Origin: a virus
Lineage: Duplodnaviria > Caudoviricetes
DNA: 35,846 nucleotides
Strand: one strand, 5' to 3'
IMG/VR virus record: IMGVR_UViG_3300005332_000004
Span: 1-35,846 of that record
In this document: positions 1-6,813 of the stretch, one piece after another
Layout of the letters: every line of letters starts with the position of its first letter
Position numbering within the stretch: position 1 is the first letter of the stretch
Made by a program: the position numbers and the translations under genes
The notes under the pieces: model-generated
What the model was told of the DNA's origin: nothing
Databases searched by the model: none
What the model saw: the letters and a program-made list of their open reading frames with translations, nothing else

Positions 1-121
1 CGCCGCGTCGATCACCGCCTCCAGGCACTCGAACTGCGCACCGCCGAGTTGGCGGTGCGGCTCGGTGGCGTTGAGGCATCGCACTAAATGCGATCGTGAC
101 CCGGCGGCATCCCGCTAGGGT

Positions 122-185
122 GTGACATCCTGTCACCTCTATTTCTCATATGCGGTATTGACGCGAGTTTCTCGTATCATATATT
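122..185 (+). promoter_or_regulatory. Long-form repeated promoter/operator module, copy 1
   Basis: GTGACA-TCC-TGTCAC (122-136), TTTCTCATATGCGGTA (142-157), TTGACG -35 (158-163), TTTCTCGTATCATATA (168-183), TATATT -10-like (180-185). Near-identical to 4064-4127. Confidence 0.8.
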
Positions 186-220
186 CATGGCGTAGGAGAG
201 AGAGAGGAAAGGACCCCGCC

Positions 221-328
221 ATGATGTCCGTTGCCTTCGCTTCCGCCCTGGTGGCCTGGATGGTTTGGGCGACCGTGATGATTTCCACCACCGAGACCGA
301 GAAACTCAACGCACGGGAGACACTGTGA
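221..328 (+). CDS. Tiny hydrophobic peptide (35 aa)
   Basis: MMSVAFASALVAWMVWATVMIST...; follows purine-rich RBS; first ORF after the promoter. Confidence 0.5.
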   Translation: MMSVAFASALVAWMVWATVMISTTETEKLNARETL

Positions 329-408
329 TGACCGCCCTGATGATGGTTGCCGCCGCTTTTGTTTGGATACTGACCCTGCACGCGGCGACGAAATACGCCA
401 CTGCCTGA
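328..408 (+). CDS. Tiny hydrophobic peptide (26 aa)
   Basis: Translated by hand: MTALMMVAAAFVWILTLHAATKYATA. TGATG overlap with the upstream stop; GGGAG RBS. Confidence 0.5.
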   Translation: MTALMMVAAAFVWILTLHAATKYATA

Positions 409-424
409 CCTGAGGGATCGAGAG

Positions 425-601
425 ATGACCGCTGAGAAAAAACTGGCTTTCCTTCACGCCGTGATGAAGGCGCGCTACCCGCGCGAAATGGGCAAGGTTG
501 CGAAAGCCCACGGCGTTCCGCCCGAGGCGAATCCGTTTGCTGTCGCCGGTGAGCTTCACGAGCATGAAGCCGAATGGAACTCCGGCTACAACACTGCTTG
601 A
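425..601 (+). CDS. Small protein with Rmf/CrpP-like motif (58 aa)
   Basis: Translated by hand: MTAEKKLAFLHAVMKARYPREMGKVAKAHGVPPEANPFAVAGELHEHEAEWNSGYNTA. G-x2-A-x3-G...NPF...W-x2-GY pattern; GAGGG RBS. Confidence 0.6.
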   Translation: MTAEKKLAFLHAVMKARYPREMGKVAKAHGVPPEANPFAVAGELHEHEAEWNSGYNTA

Positions 602-611
602 GGAGACCGAG

Positions 612-875
612 ATGAACCCGTTTTATGACGCCTACGAAACCAGCTTGAGCCACCTGAACGAGCACGAGTGGAACGTGCTGCGCCACACCTGGGCGCGCGG
701 CATCGACTGGTACGTCGGCAAGGTCGCCAAGCGCTGGATGATCACCCTGCCGGCGTTCAAGGGCTTCCCGCACTACAAGACCAAAAAGGCCGCCGGTGAG
801 GCCGCCTCGAACCTGATCCTGGCTGAGGCGCGCTGGCGCCGGCACGAGGAATGGGAACGCGAGAATGCCATGTGA
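612..875 (+). CDS. Hypothetical phage protein (87 aa)
   Basis: MNPFYDAYETS...; GAGGAG RBS before ATG 612; strong GC3 codon bias. Confidence 0.75.
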   Translation: MNPFYDAYETSLSHLNEHEWNVLRHTWARGIDWYVGKVAKRWMITLPAFKGFPHYKTKKAAGEAASNLILAEARWRRHEEWERENAM

Positions 876-910
876 CAACTTGTCACCTAGCGTTTCTCAT
901 ATGAGATACT
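872..910 (+). promoter_or_regulatory. Short-form promoter/operator module
   Basis: GTGACA-ACT-TGTCAC (872-886) and TTTCTCATATGAGATA (893-908). Confidence 0.75.
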
Positions 911-940
911 AGATTAACAGTGCCAGAGAGGGAGAAAAAA

Positions 941-1159
941 ATGGCCATCGTGAGAAACCCGGCCGGCAAGATCGTCGCCAAGCGCTTCACCCTGGCGAAG
1001 ATCGAGCGCGCGATGAACGACAACGCCGGCTTCTGCCTTGCCTGCGGTGCCGAAGCGGAAGGCGTCGAGCCCGACGCGCGGAAGTACCACTGCGAAGGCT
1101 GCGGCCTCAACCACGTCTACGGCGCCGAGGAACTGGCGCTCATGGGCCGCGTGAAGTGA
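941..1159 (+). CDS. Small zinc-ribbon protein (72 aa)
   Basis: CLAC...EPDA...CEGC; GAGGGAG RBS before ATG 941. Confidence 0.8.
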   Translation: MAIVRNPAGKIVAKRFTLAKIERAMNDNAGFCLACGAEAEGVEPDARKYHCEGCGLNHVYGAEELALMGRVK

Positions 1160-1170
1160 CGGAGAAGGAA

Positions 1171-1300
1171 ATGATCAAGATCGTTCACAACAAGCTGCTC
1201 GGCGGCTGGTACGTGGTGCGCGGCCCGCACCACTTCCCGCTCGCCGGCCCCGTTCGCCACCCGCGCCGAGGCCAAGGCTTGGCTGGAGCGCAAGCGATGA
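1171..1300 (+). pseudogene. Small phage ORF with apparent 1-nt frameshift
   Basis: MIKIVHNKLLGGWYVVRGPHHFPLAG in frame to 1248. Removing one C from CCCC (1248-1251) gives PFATRAEAKAWLERKR-stop with typical codon bias. As written it reads to TAG 1326. Confidence 0.5.
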
Positions 1301-1417
1301 AACCCGAGATCATCCCGGTGGAATAGCTCAAGGGGTCGTTAAATCGAGAGCGCCCGACGGGGAGATGGACGGAGACCCGCACGTCCTTCCACCGGCATGA
1401 TCTAGGAGGAGTGAACC

Positions 1418-1597
1418 ATGACGATCCGCGAAGTCACCAGCGATCAGTATGAACAGATTTGCTCGCTGCTTGGTGAGAGCCGCACATTCGCCGAGGCCGC
1501 AAAGAGTCCGCATCTCACCCTGGCGCAAAAACTCGCGTACCAGAAACAGGCTCGGGATTTGCGCGATCAAGCCATGAACATCGGAGGGAAACCATGA
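1418..1597 (+). CDS. Hypothetical protein (59 aa)
   Basis: Translated by hand, MTIREVTSDQYEQICSLL...GGKP. AGGAGG RBS; ATGA overlap with the next gene. Confidence 0.7.
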   Translation: MTIREVTSDQYEQICSLLGESRTFAEAAKSPHLTLAQKLAYQKQARDLRDQAMNIGGKP

Positions 1598-2076
1598 CAA
1601 TCAAAGTGCACAAGTTCAAATCCACCCGCGAGGCTTACGACAACTGCATGTGGCGCGAGGACATCAAGTCCGGCGACGTGCTGGTGATCGCGTCGGAGGG
1701 TGTCGTCGGCATCGCCTACGCATGGCCGTTCGCGGTCACCGAGGAGTACGGCGACCTGCACAGCATGGAGCCGGGCTACACGCTCGCCACCATCTTCGGC
1801 GGACGCTTCGCCACGTCCGAGCCCACGGCAAAAGCCGAGATCGCCAAGCTGAAACCCCGCACGGCCGGCCCGATCCGGGTGCGCTACGAAGCGGTCGATG
1901 GATTCGCCAAGGTCAAGACGTTCAAGACCTTGAGCGCGGCACGGCGGTTCGCCCACTACTACGTCGGCTCCGACGCCGAGGTCAGCACCATGGGCTACGC
2001 CGTCGCGCCCGATGGCGTCGGCAAGGTCACGGTGTCGGGCGCCGCCACCATCACCGACCTGTTCCCGGCGGAGTAA
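1594..2076 (+). CDS. Hypothetical phage protein (160 aa)
   Basis: GGAGG RBS, strong codon bias, translational coupling. Confidence 0.8.
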   Translation: MTIKVHKFKSTREAYDNCMWREDIKSGDVLVIASEGVVGIAYAWPFAVTEEYGDLHSMEPGYTLATIFGGRFATSEPTAKAEIAKLKPRTAGPIRVRYEAVDGFAKVKTFKTLSAARRFAHYYVGSDAEVSTMGYAVAPDGVGKVTVSGAATITDLFPAE

Positions 2077-2078
2077 CC

Positions 2079-2528
2079 ATGACCCCGGCACAAAAGGCAT
2101 GGCAAACGCGGCGCCGCAGCGCCGAGCTTCCCGCCGCCACACGCGCGCTGGAGCGCAAGCTGCGGCTGGCAATGACCGGCGCCATCCGGCTCGCCCGCAC
2201 CCGCCAAGCCAAACGCGCCGCCACCGGCAAGCCAGCAGTGGCAGTCACCGTGACCGTCGACCAACTCATGGCCAAGCTGCGCGCCAACAACTATCGCTGC
2301 GCACTCACCGGCCTCGAATTCTGGAACGACGATTCCGATCGTTTCGGCCCCACCCTGCCCAGCCTCGATCGCATCGCCTGCAATGGCCCTTACAGCAACA
2401 GCAATCTCCGCGTCGTGCTGCTCGGCATCAACAGCCTGCGTGGCCGCGGCTCAGACGCCGACATGGATCGTATCTGCGCCGCCCGCGTCGCCCGCGCCGG
2501 AGCCGTGATGCGACAACTTGGCACCTGA
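2079..2528 (+). CDS. HNH-superfamily (His-Me finger) endonuclease-like protein (149 aa)
   Basis: Basic N-terminus, then RCALTG...PSLDRI...GPY...NLRVV...N motif; GGAG RBS before ATG 2079. Confidence 0.7.
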   Translation: MTPAQKAWQTRRRSAELPAATRALERKLRLAMTGAIRLARTRQAKRAATGKPAVAVTVTVDQLMAKLRANNYRCALTGLEFWNDDSDRFGPTLPSLDRIACNGPYSNSNLRVVLLGINSLRGRGSDADMDRICAARVARAGAVMRQLGT

Positions 2529-2548
2529 CATTTCTAGTATGAGATATT
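2510..2548 (+). promoter_or_regulatory. Short-form promoter/operator module (variant)
   Basis: GCGACA-ACT-TGGCAC (2510-2524) and TTTCTAGTATGAGATA (2531-2546), then a GAGAGAGAGGGGAG leader. Confidence 0.65.
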
Positions 2549-2574
2549 ACATCGAGGGTGAGAGAGAGGGAGCC

Positions 2575-2799
2575 ATGACTAAAACGTGGAAGCAACTTGA
2601 GGCCGAAGGCGTCCGGCGCTGCTGCGTCATGTTCGCCAGCGGCAAGCGCTGTCGCCGCCGCGCGTCCGCGGCGTTCGAGGGCTCCTGGTGCGCCAAGCAC
2701 GGCCCGCTCATGAAAGCCGAGATCGCCAAGCATATGCGCATCGTGCGCGAGGAAGCGGGATTGACAGAGGAGCCGGCGACGAAAGGAAAGCGACGATGA
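2575..2799 (+). CDS. Small basic Cys/His protein (74 aa)
   Basis: MTKTWKQL...RCC...GKRC...WCAKH (CCCH-type Zn ligand pattern); GGGGAG RBS. Confidence 0.7.
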   Translation: MTKTWKQLEAEGVRRCCVMFASGKRCRRRASAAFEGSWCAKHGPLMKAEIAKHMRIVREEAGLTEEPATKGKRR

Positions 2800-3020
2800 A
2801 GTGGGAACCGATCAAGGGCTACGGCCCTGCCTACCGGGCAGGCGTGCGCTACGCCAGTCTGCACCCGAACGCCGGGCCGGAAGAGTACGAGCCCCACCTC
2901 GCGGCCTACGCCAAGCGCAAGGGCGAGGTGCTCGCCGGTGCCTTCCGCGAAGGCATGATGACAACCTACTGGAACGGCGGCCAGGGAACCGCCGAAGGAT
3001 GGAGCAAGTCCGGTGCCTGA
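2796..3020 (+). CDS. Hypothetical protein (74 aa)
   Basis: MKWEPIKGYGPAY...; ATGA overlap with the upstream stop. Confidence 0.7.
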   Translation: MKWEPIKGYGPAYRAGVRYASLHPNAGPEEYEPHLAAYAKRKGEVLAGAFREGMMTTYWNGGQGTAEGWSKSGA

Positions 3021-3252
3021 TGTGATGGAGAAGTACAACCACTGCCGCGTGTGCGGCGAAAAGCTGAATCCCGATACCGCCGCATGGGCGCGCCGTCAGT
3101 TCGAGCAAAAAACCTGCTCGGCGGAGTGCCAGCGGCGCGAGATCAAAGCGCGCTTCGCCTGCTGCGATCGCGCCGAGCCCCACCCATGCGTGTGCATGTA
3201 CGCATTCACCTGCCCCACCCACGGCATCACCCACAACGGGACCCACGACTGA
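3013..3252 (+). CDS. Cys-rich small protein (79 aa)
   Basis: CRVC, CSAEC, CC, CVC, CPTH motifs; coupled to neighbours. Confidence 0.7.
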   Translation: MPDVMEKYNHCRVCGEKLNPDTAAWARRQFEQKTCSAECQRREIKARFACCDRAEPHPCVCMYAFTCPTHGITHNGTHD

Positions 3253-3479
3253 TGCGCAAGCTCGCCCTCGCCGCCATCCTGCTGTGCACCAGCCCAGCCC
3301 TCGCCGATACATTCCGCGACGGCGCCGGCAACGTTGTTGGCAAATCGCGCACCGACTTGAACGGCGTGACAACGTTGTACGGCGCGAGCGGCTTCACCAC
3401 CGGCAAGGCCCGCGCTGATCGCAACGGCGTAACCCGGTTCTACGACGCCGCCGGGCGAGGGATCGGAACAGCACGATGA
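3252..3479 (+). CDS. Small exported protein with internal repeats (75 aa)
   Basis: Sec signal MRKLALAAILLCTSPALA; about 2.5 repeats of (F/L)(Y/R)(D/G)xxGxxxG(K/T)xRxDxNGVT. Confidence 0.75.
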   Translation: MRKLALAAILLCTSPALADTFRDGAGNVVGKSRTDLNGVTTLYGASGFTTGKARADRNGVTRFYDAAGRGIGTAR

Positions 3480-3739
3480 GCGACCTGTACGAGATCGCAC
3501 AGCGGCGCATCGGCGCGCCCACCTACTGGCTCCTGATGAACGGCCGGTGGGGCGGTGCCCTGTCGCCGCGCACACGCTGGCGCGGCAGCGAGGAAGAGGC
3601 GCGGGCCATGGTCGAACAGATTGCCAAGGGGCGCGAGGAGTTCGTGGCCAAGGCCGTGAGCCAGGGCGCCGACGAAGACGCCATCCGCGGCACTTTCGCC
3701 GCCATCGAACTTGAGCCCGCCGCCCCGCGTTCAAGATGA
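3476..3739 (+). CDS. Hypothetical protein (87 aa)
   Basis: ATGA overlap; codon bias. Confidence 0.7.
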   Translation: MSDLYEIAQRRIGAPTYWLLMNGRWGGALSPRTRWRGSEEEARAMVEQIAKGREEFVAKAVSQGADEDAIRGTFAAIELEPAAPRSR

Positions 3740-3777
3740 AACCGGCCGCGCCCGCGGCCAGTGATGAGGAGGCCACC

Positions 3778-3936
3778 ATGGCAAGATTACGCGGCAGTCG
3801 AGTGCGAGCATCACAACGGGCCTTGGCACGCATGCCACGGCGCGCCGCTTCGCTCGCCCTCGCCAAAGCAAAAGCAACCGGACGCATCTACCCAACCTCC
3901 GGACAACGCGCCCGCGCGCGACGGCGAACGCGCTAA
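3778..3936 (+). CDS. Highly basic small protein (52 aa)
   Basis: GAGGAGG RBS before ATG 3778; Arg/Ala-rich with no acidic residues. Confidence 0.6.
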   Translation: MARLRGSRVRASQRALARMPRRAASLALAKAKATGRIYPTSGQRARARRRTR

Positions 3937-4023
3937 AAGCCGCTCCGCCATCAAAGCGGCACCATCGGCGCGTACCTGAGCCGCCGTCCGGGCTATTCCC
4001 TCCCCCCGGCTTCGACCACCCCC

Positions 4024-4053
4024 TGCCCCGGCCTTCCGCCGGGGCATTTTTTT
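4024..4053 (+). terminator. Rho-independent terminator
   Basis: TGCCCCGGC-cttcc-GCCGGGGCA followed by T7. Confidence 0.9.
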
Positions 4054-4063
4054 GCCTGCCCAT

Positions 4064-4127
4064 GTGACATTCTGTCACCCTAATTTCTCATATGAGATAT
4101 TGACCCTAGTTTCTCATATCATATATT
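4064..4127 (+). promoter_or_regulatory. Long-form repeated promoter/operator module, copy 2
   Basis: GTGACA-TTC-TGTCAC (4064-4078), TTTCTCATATGAGATA (4084-4099), TTGACC (4100-4105), TTTCTCATATCATATA (4110-4125). Confidence 0.8.
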
Positions 4128-4166
4128 AGCCGGGTTGGGGTCGGGTCGGAAAGAGAGGAGCGCGCC

Positions 4167-4394
4167 ATGAAGCTGTCGGGAACCTGGAAAGCCGTCGCCA
4201 AAACAGTGACCTACCGGATGATGAACTCGGTCTACGGGTTCTCCGTCGCCTACTTCGTGACCGGCAAATTGTCGATCGCCGCCACCGTCGTCGGTGCCGA
4301 AGCCGCCTACAAAACCTTCGCCTACTTCGGCCACGAAAAAGCGTGGGAATTCTTCTCTGCCTCGGGAACGGAAGGAGCCGCCAGCCATGGCTAA
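4167..4394 (+). CDS. DUF2061-like small membrane protein (75 aa)
   Basis: KTVTYR...AYFVTG...A...E...K...Y.GHEKAW pattern; GAGGAG RBS. Confidence 0.75.
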   Translation: MKLSGTWKAVAKTVTYRMMNSVYGFSVAYFVTGKLSIAATVVGAEAAYKTFAYFGHEKAWEFFSASGTEGAASHG

Positions 4395-4470
4395 AATGAC
4401 GATGACTTGGGAACACGCCGGTACCCTCGCCGCCTTCGCCACCCTCTTCGGGTTCGTGTTCTTCGCCTGA
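4387..4470 (+). CDS. Tiny hydrophobic peptide (27 aa)
   Basis: Translated by hand: MAKMTMTWEHAGTLAAFATLFGFVFFA. AAGGAG RBS; followed by a GC hairpin at about 4474-4500. Confidence 0.5.
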   Translation: MAKMTMTWEHAGTLAAFATLFGFVFFA

Positions 4471-4835
4471 TGCCCCGCCCCGGCCCCACCGCCGGGGCGG
4501 TTCCATGTGAAACACCCGGCCCGGTGTCAGGCCCCGCCCGCAGGGGTAGCCCACTCACCTAGAAGGCCCATTGCCGCGCGAGCGGAGCCCCGTCATGCGT
4601 TTTGCCCGAAACCCGGTACCCACCTGACCCCCCGCCCAGAAAAACGCACCAGCAACCTCCTCAGCGCGTTCCGGTGAGAGCATGAGGTGGGTGTGGTATT
4701 TTTGCAACAGTCGGGGAAGGGAGGTCGAGCGCGGGAGATCAGCCCCCGGCCCGGCCGGCCGCGCTCCACGCCCAAGATTCGAAGCCCCCCCCTCGGCGAT
4801 CGGCGCGCGCGGCTCGCGAGCGCCGAGCCCACGAG

Positions 4836-4860
4836 GGCCCCAGGCCCCAGGCCCCAGGCC
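4836..4860. repeat. Short tandem repeat (GGCCCCA)x3
   Basis: GGCCCCA at 4836, 4843 and 4850, plus a partial GGCC. Confidence 0.8.
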
Positions 4861-5151
4861 GGGCCACTCTTTGTCGACGGGAGAGGTCCGCACCGCGGCG
4901 AGGCCAAAACACTAACGATCTCAACAGGTTGCGACGCACTAGCCCTAGTACGCTGCCAGCTAGCCGACACCGCGCCGACACGAACCCGCGAGATCGAGGC
5001 ACTCGCACCTCACCTGGATACCTCCGGCCGGGGGCCGAGGAGCCGGCCTCGCCCGGCTCGACCTCGCCGCGGCCTCGCGCGCGCCCACACGCGCGCGCAC
5101 GGGCGCGACCCAGGGCGGCGGCTGGGCGGCAGCATTTCGGGTCCGGTCCGA

Positions 5152-5505
5152 ATGACGCAATGACGCGGATGACAGTAAATCCTATGTTCCATCCTATATA
5201 CGCGTAGTGTTCTATACATCACATGTGTTGCATATATATCACAGTGGTGTGTATACATATATATGATGTGTCATTAGTGTCATGTGTCATATATATAAGC
5301 ATATCAACAACTTACTCCTGACGCGACTGACGCAACTGACGCAATTTTACCATGGTGATCACCGTGGTGTGAAGAGGTGGCTAACTTCAAGTATCGCATT
5401 ATCTCCGGAAAAAGCGTCATTTGCGTCATGCGTCATTTTTTAAAGTATCACATTATATGCCAAACAAGCGTCATTTGCGTCATGCGTCATTTTGGGCATG
5501 ACGCT
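5152..5505. repeat. Iteron-like TGACGC/GCGTCA array around an AT-rich core; candidate replication origin
   Basis: Triplet clusters at 5152-5175 (+), 5268-5290 (-, GTGTCAT variant), 5318-5342 (+, 9-bp period), 5414-5436 (-) and 5468-5490 (-). AT-rich 5176-5314. 54-bp-period tandem repeat at 5389/5443. Confidence 0.75.
5302..5314 (+). promoter_or_regulatory. IHF consensus site
   Basis: TATCAACAACTTA matches WATCAANNNNTTR exactly. Confidence 0.55.
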
Positions 5506-5632
5506 TGCGGGTTTTGCCCGACCTGCCTCACGACCGCCACCAAGATGTCACTCGCGACGCACCTATAAGATGTATGCTGTATATTGACCGAACCTGTGCG
5601 CGTTTTTCACTTGACGATTTTACGACGCCGGC

Positions 5633-6022
5633 ATGACGATAGCCGCTGGTAATTCGGGGGAGACCTCACCGGGACAATTGGAGGCGTTCCCAATGGTGGA
5701 ACTTGTTGACGTTGATGTCAGTCGCGACCCGATGCTTTCCCTGATCCAACGGCTGTTTCAGGAGGTACGGCTCCTGCGCAGCGATATGCAGGCGTTGCGC
5801 CAGGAGAATCTCGCGCTCCGCCAGGAGCGTGCCACGGCCTATGAATGGGTAGCGGGTGAACTGCAGGCGATCCGGGCCGAGGTCGAGGCCGGGCATGATG
5901 CGGCGTCTTTTGCTGCGGATGCGGCACGCATTACGGCCGAGCGCCAGCGCGCACCGGCGCATGTAATCGGGCTGGTCTATACCTCGCCGCCGACGCTTGC
6001 GCCGCCGACCTCGTTGGCCTGA
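5633..6022 (+). CDS. Hypothetical coiled-coil protein (start may be 5693)
   Basis: Heptad-like LFQEVRLLRSDMQALRQENLALRQE; GGAGG before ATG 5693; TTGACG upstream at 5611. Confidence 0.6.
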   Translation: MTIAAGNSGETSPGQLEAFPMVELVDVDVSRDPMLSLIQRLFQEVRLLRSDMQALRQENLALRQERATAYEWVAGELQAIRAEVEAGHDAASFAADAARITAERQRAPAHVIGLVYTSPPTLAPPTSLA

Positions 6023-6172
6023 TCGGCAACGCCGAGACACGCCCAAGCTTCGCCCGGCGGCGCCGGCCACTACTCGTGTGCCCTCCACCCTCGCCAGTGG
6101 CAGGATTGTCAATCGGGGAATACCCTGAACCACCGTTCAATCCACCGCAAATCCGCCTTGGGCTAACCCTGA

Positions 6173-6541
6173 ATGCCACAACCACAGCGCACATCCGTTT
6201 TTGTCTTCGGCTCGAACCTCGCCGGCCGCCACGGCAAAGGTGCAGCGCTCACCGCGCATCGGTACCATGGCGCGATCTACGGGGTGGCTGAGGGACGCCA
6301 GGGCAACGCCTATGCCATCCCCACCAAGGACGCACACTTGAAACCCCTCCCGCTCGCCGAGATCGCCATCCACGTCGCGCTGTTCCTCATCTATGCGCGC
6401 AACCATCCCGAGCTTGCTTTCCAGGTGACGGCGATCGGCACCGGGCTGGCCGGCTACCGCCACGATGAGATCGCCCCCATGTTCGCCGATGCTCCCGCCA
6501 ACTGCATCCTGCCACCGGAGTGGCAGCGCTGGAGGCGCTAA
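6173..6541 (+). CDS. A1S_2505-family phage non-structural protein (macrodomain-like)
   Basis: VFVFGSNLAGRHGKGAA...YAIPTK...VTAIGTGLAGY signature. Confidence 0.8.
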   Translation: MPQPQRTSVFVFGSNLAGRHGKGAALTAHRYHGAIYGVAEGRQGNAYAIPTKDAHLKPLPLAEIAIHVALFLIYARNHPELAFQVTAIGTGLAGYRHDEIAPMFADAPANCILPPEWQRWRR

Positions 6542-6813
6542 TGACCCGCCACGGCATCACCACGCTGTGCCCGCACTGCGGTTACGAGCACAACGCCATC
6601 ACCGCCGTGGTCGAGCGCGGCCATGCCGGGCCGGAGCCCTACCCGACCGCCGGTGATTACACCCTGTGCTTTGGCTGCGGCGAGTTCTGCACCTATGACC
6701 GCAGCGACATGCTGCGTCGCCCCACGCATTCCGAATTGCGCGAGATCAAGCGCAACAAGTGCTGCCAGATGGTGCGCGAAAGCTGGCTCGCCAGCCGCGC
6801 CACCCGCCAATGA
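6541..6813 (+). CDS. Cys-rich hypothetical protein (90 aa)
   Basis: TAATG coupling; CPHCG and CFGCG motifs. Confidence 0.7.
   Translation: MTRHGITTLCPHCGYEHNAITAVVERGHAGPEPYPTAGDYTLCFGCGEFCTYDRSDMLRRPTHSELREIKRNKCCQMVRESWLASRATRQ

Noticed and set aside
1-120. Partial gene at the left edge
   Set aside because: Open frames exist on both strands, but the fragment is too short to assign strand or function.
122-136. Box A as a host CRP/FNR site
   Set aside because: Spacing does not fit TGTGA-N6-TCACA or TTGAT-N4-ATCAA.
122-4127. CRISPR array or integron cassette array
   Set aside because: Repeats are 0.75-1.6 kb apart and contain promoter elements. No cas genes, no attC RYYYAAC/GTTRRRY structure, and the integrase is phage-type rather than IntI.
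4555-5258. Several overlapping 66-158 aa ORFs
   Set aside because: Low-complexity Pro/Arg/Gly translations without RBS or codon bias.
5389-5493. DGR template/variable repeat pair
   Set aside because: Copies are tandem, mismatches are not adenine-specific (include C/G and G/C), and there is no reverse transcriptase in the window.
5377-5568. 63-aa ORF with an 18-aa repeat
   Set aside because: The repeat simply reflects the 54-bp DNA duplication in the iteron array; codon usage is atypical.
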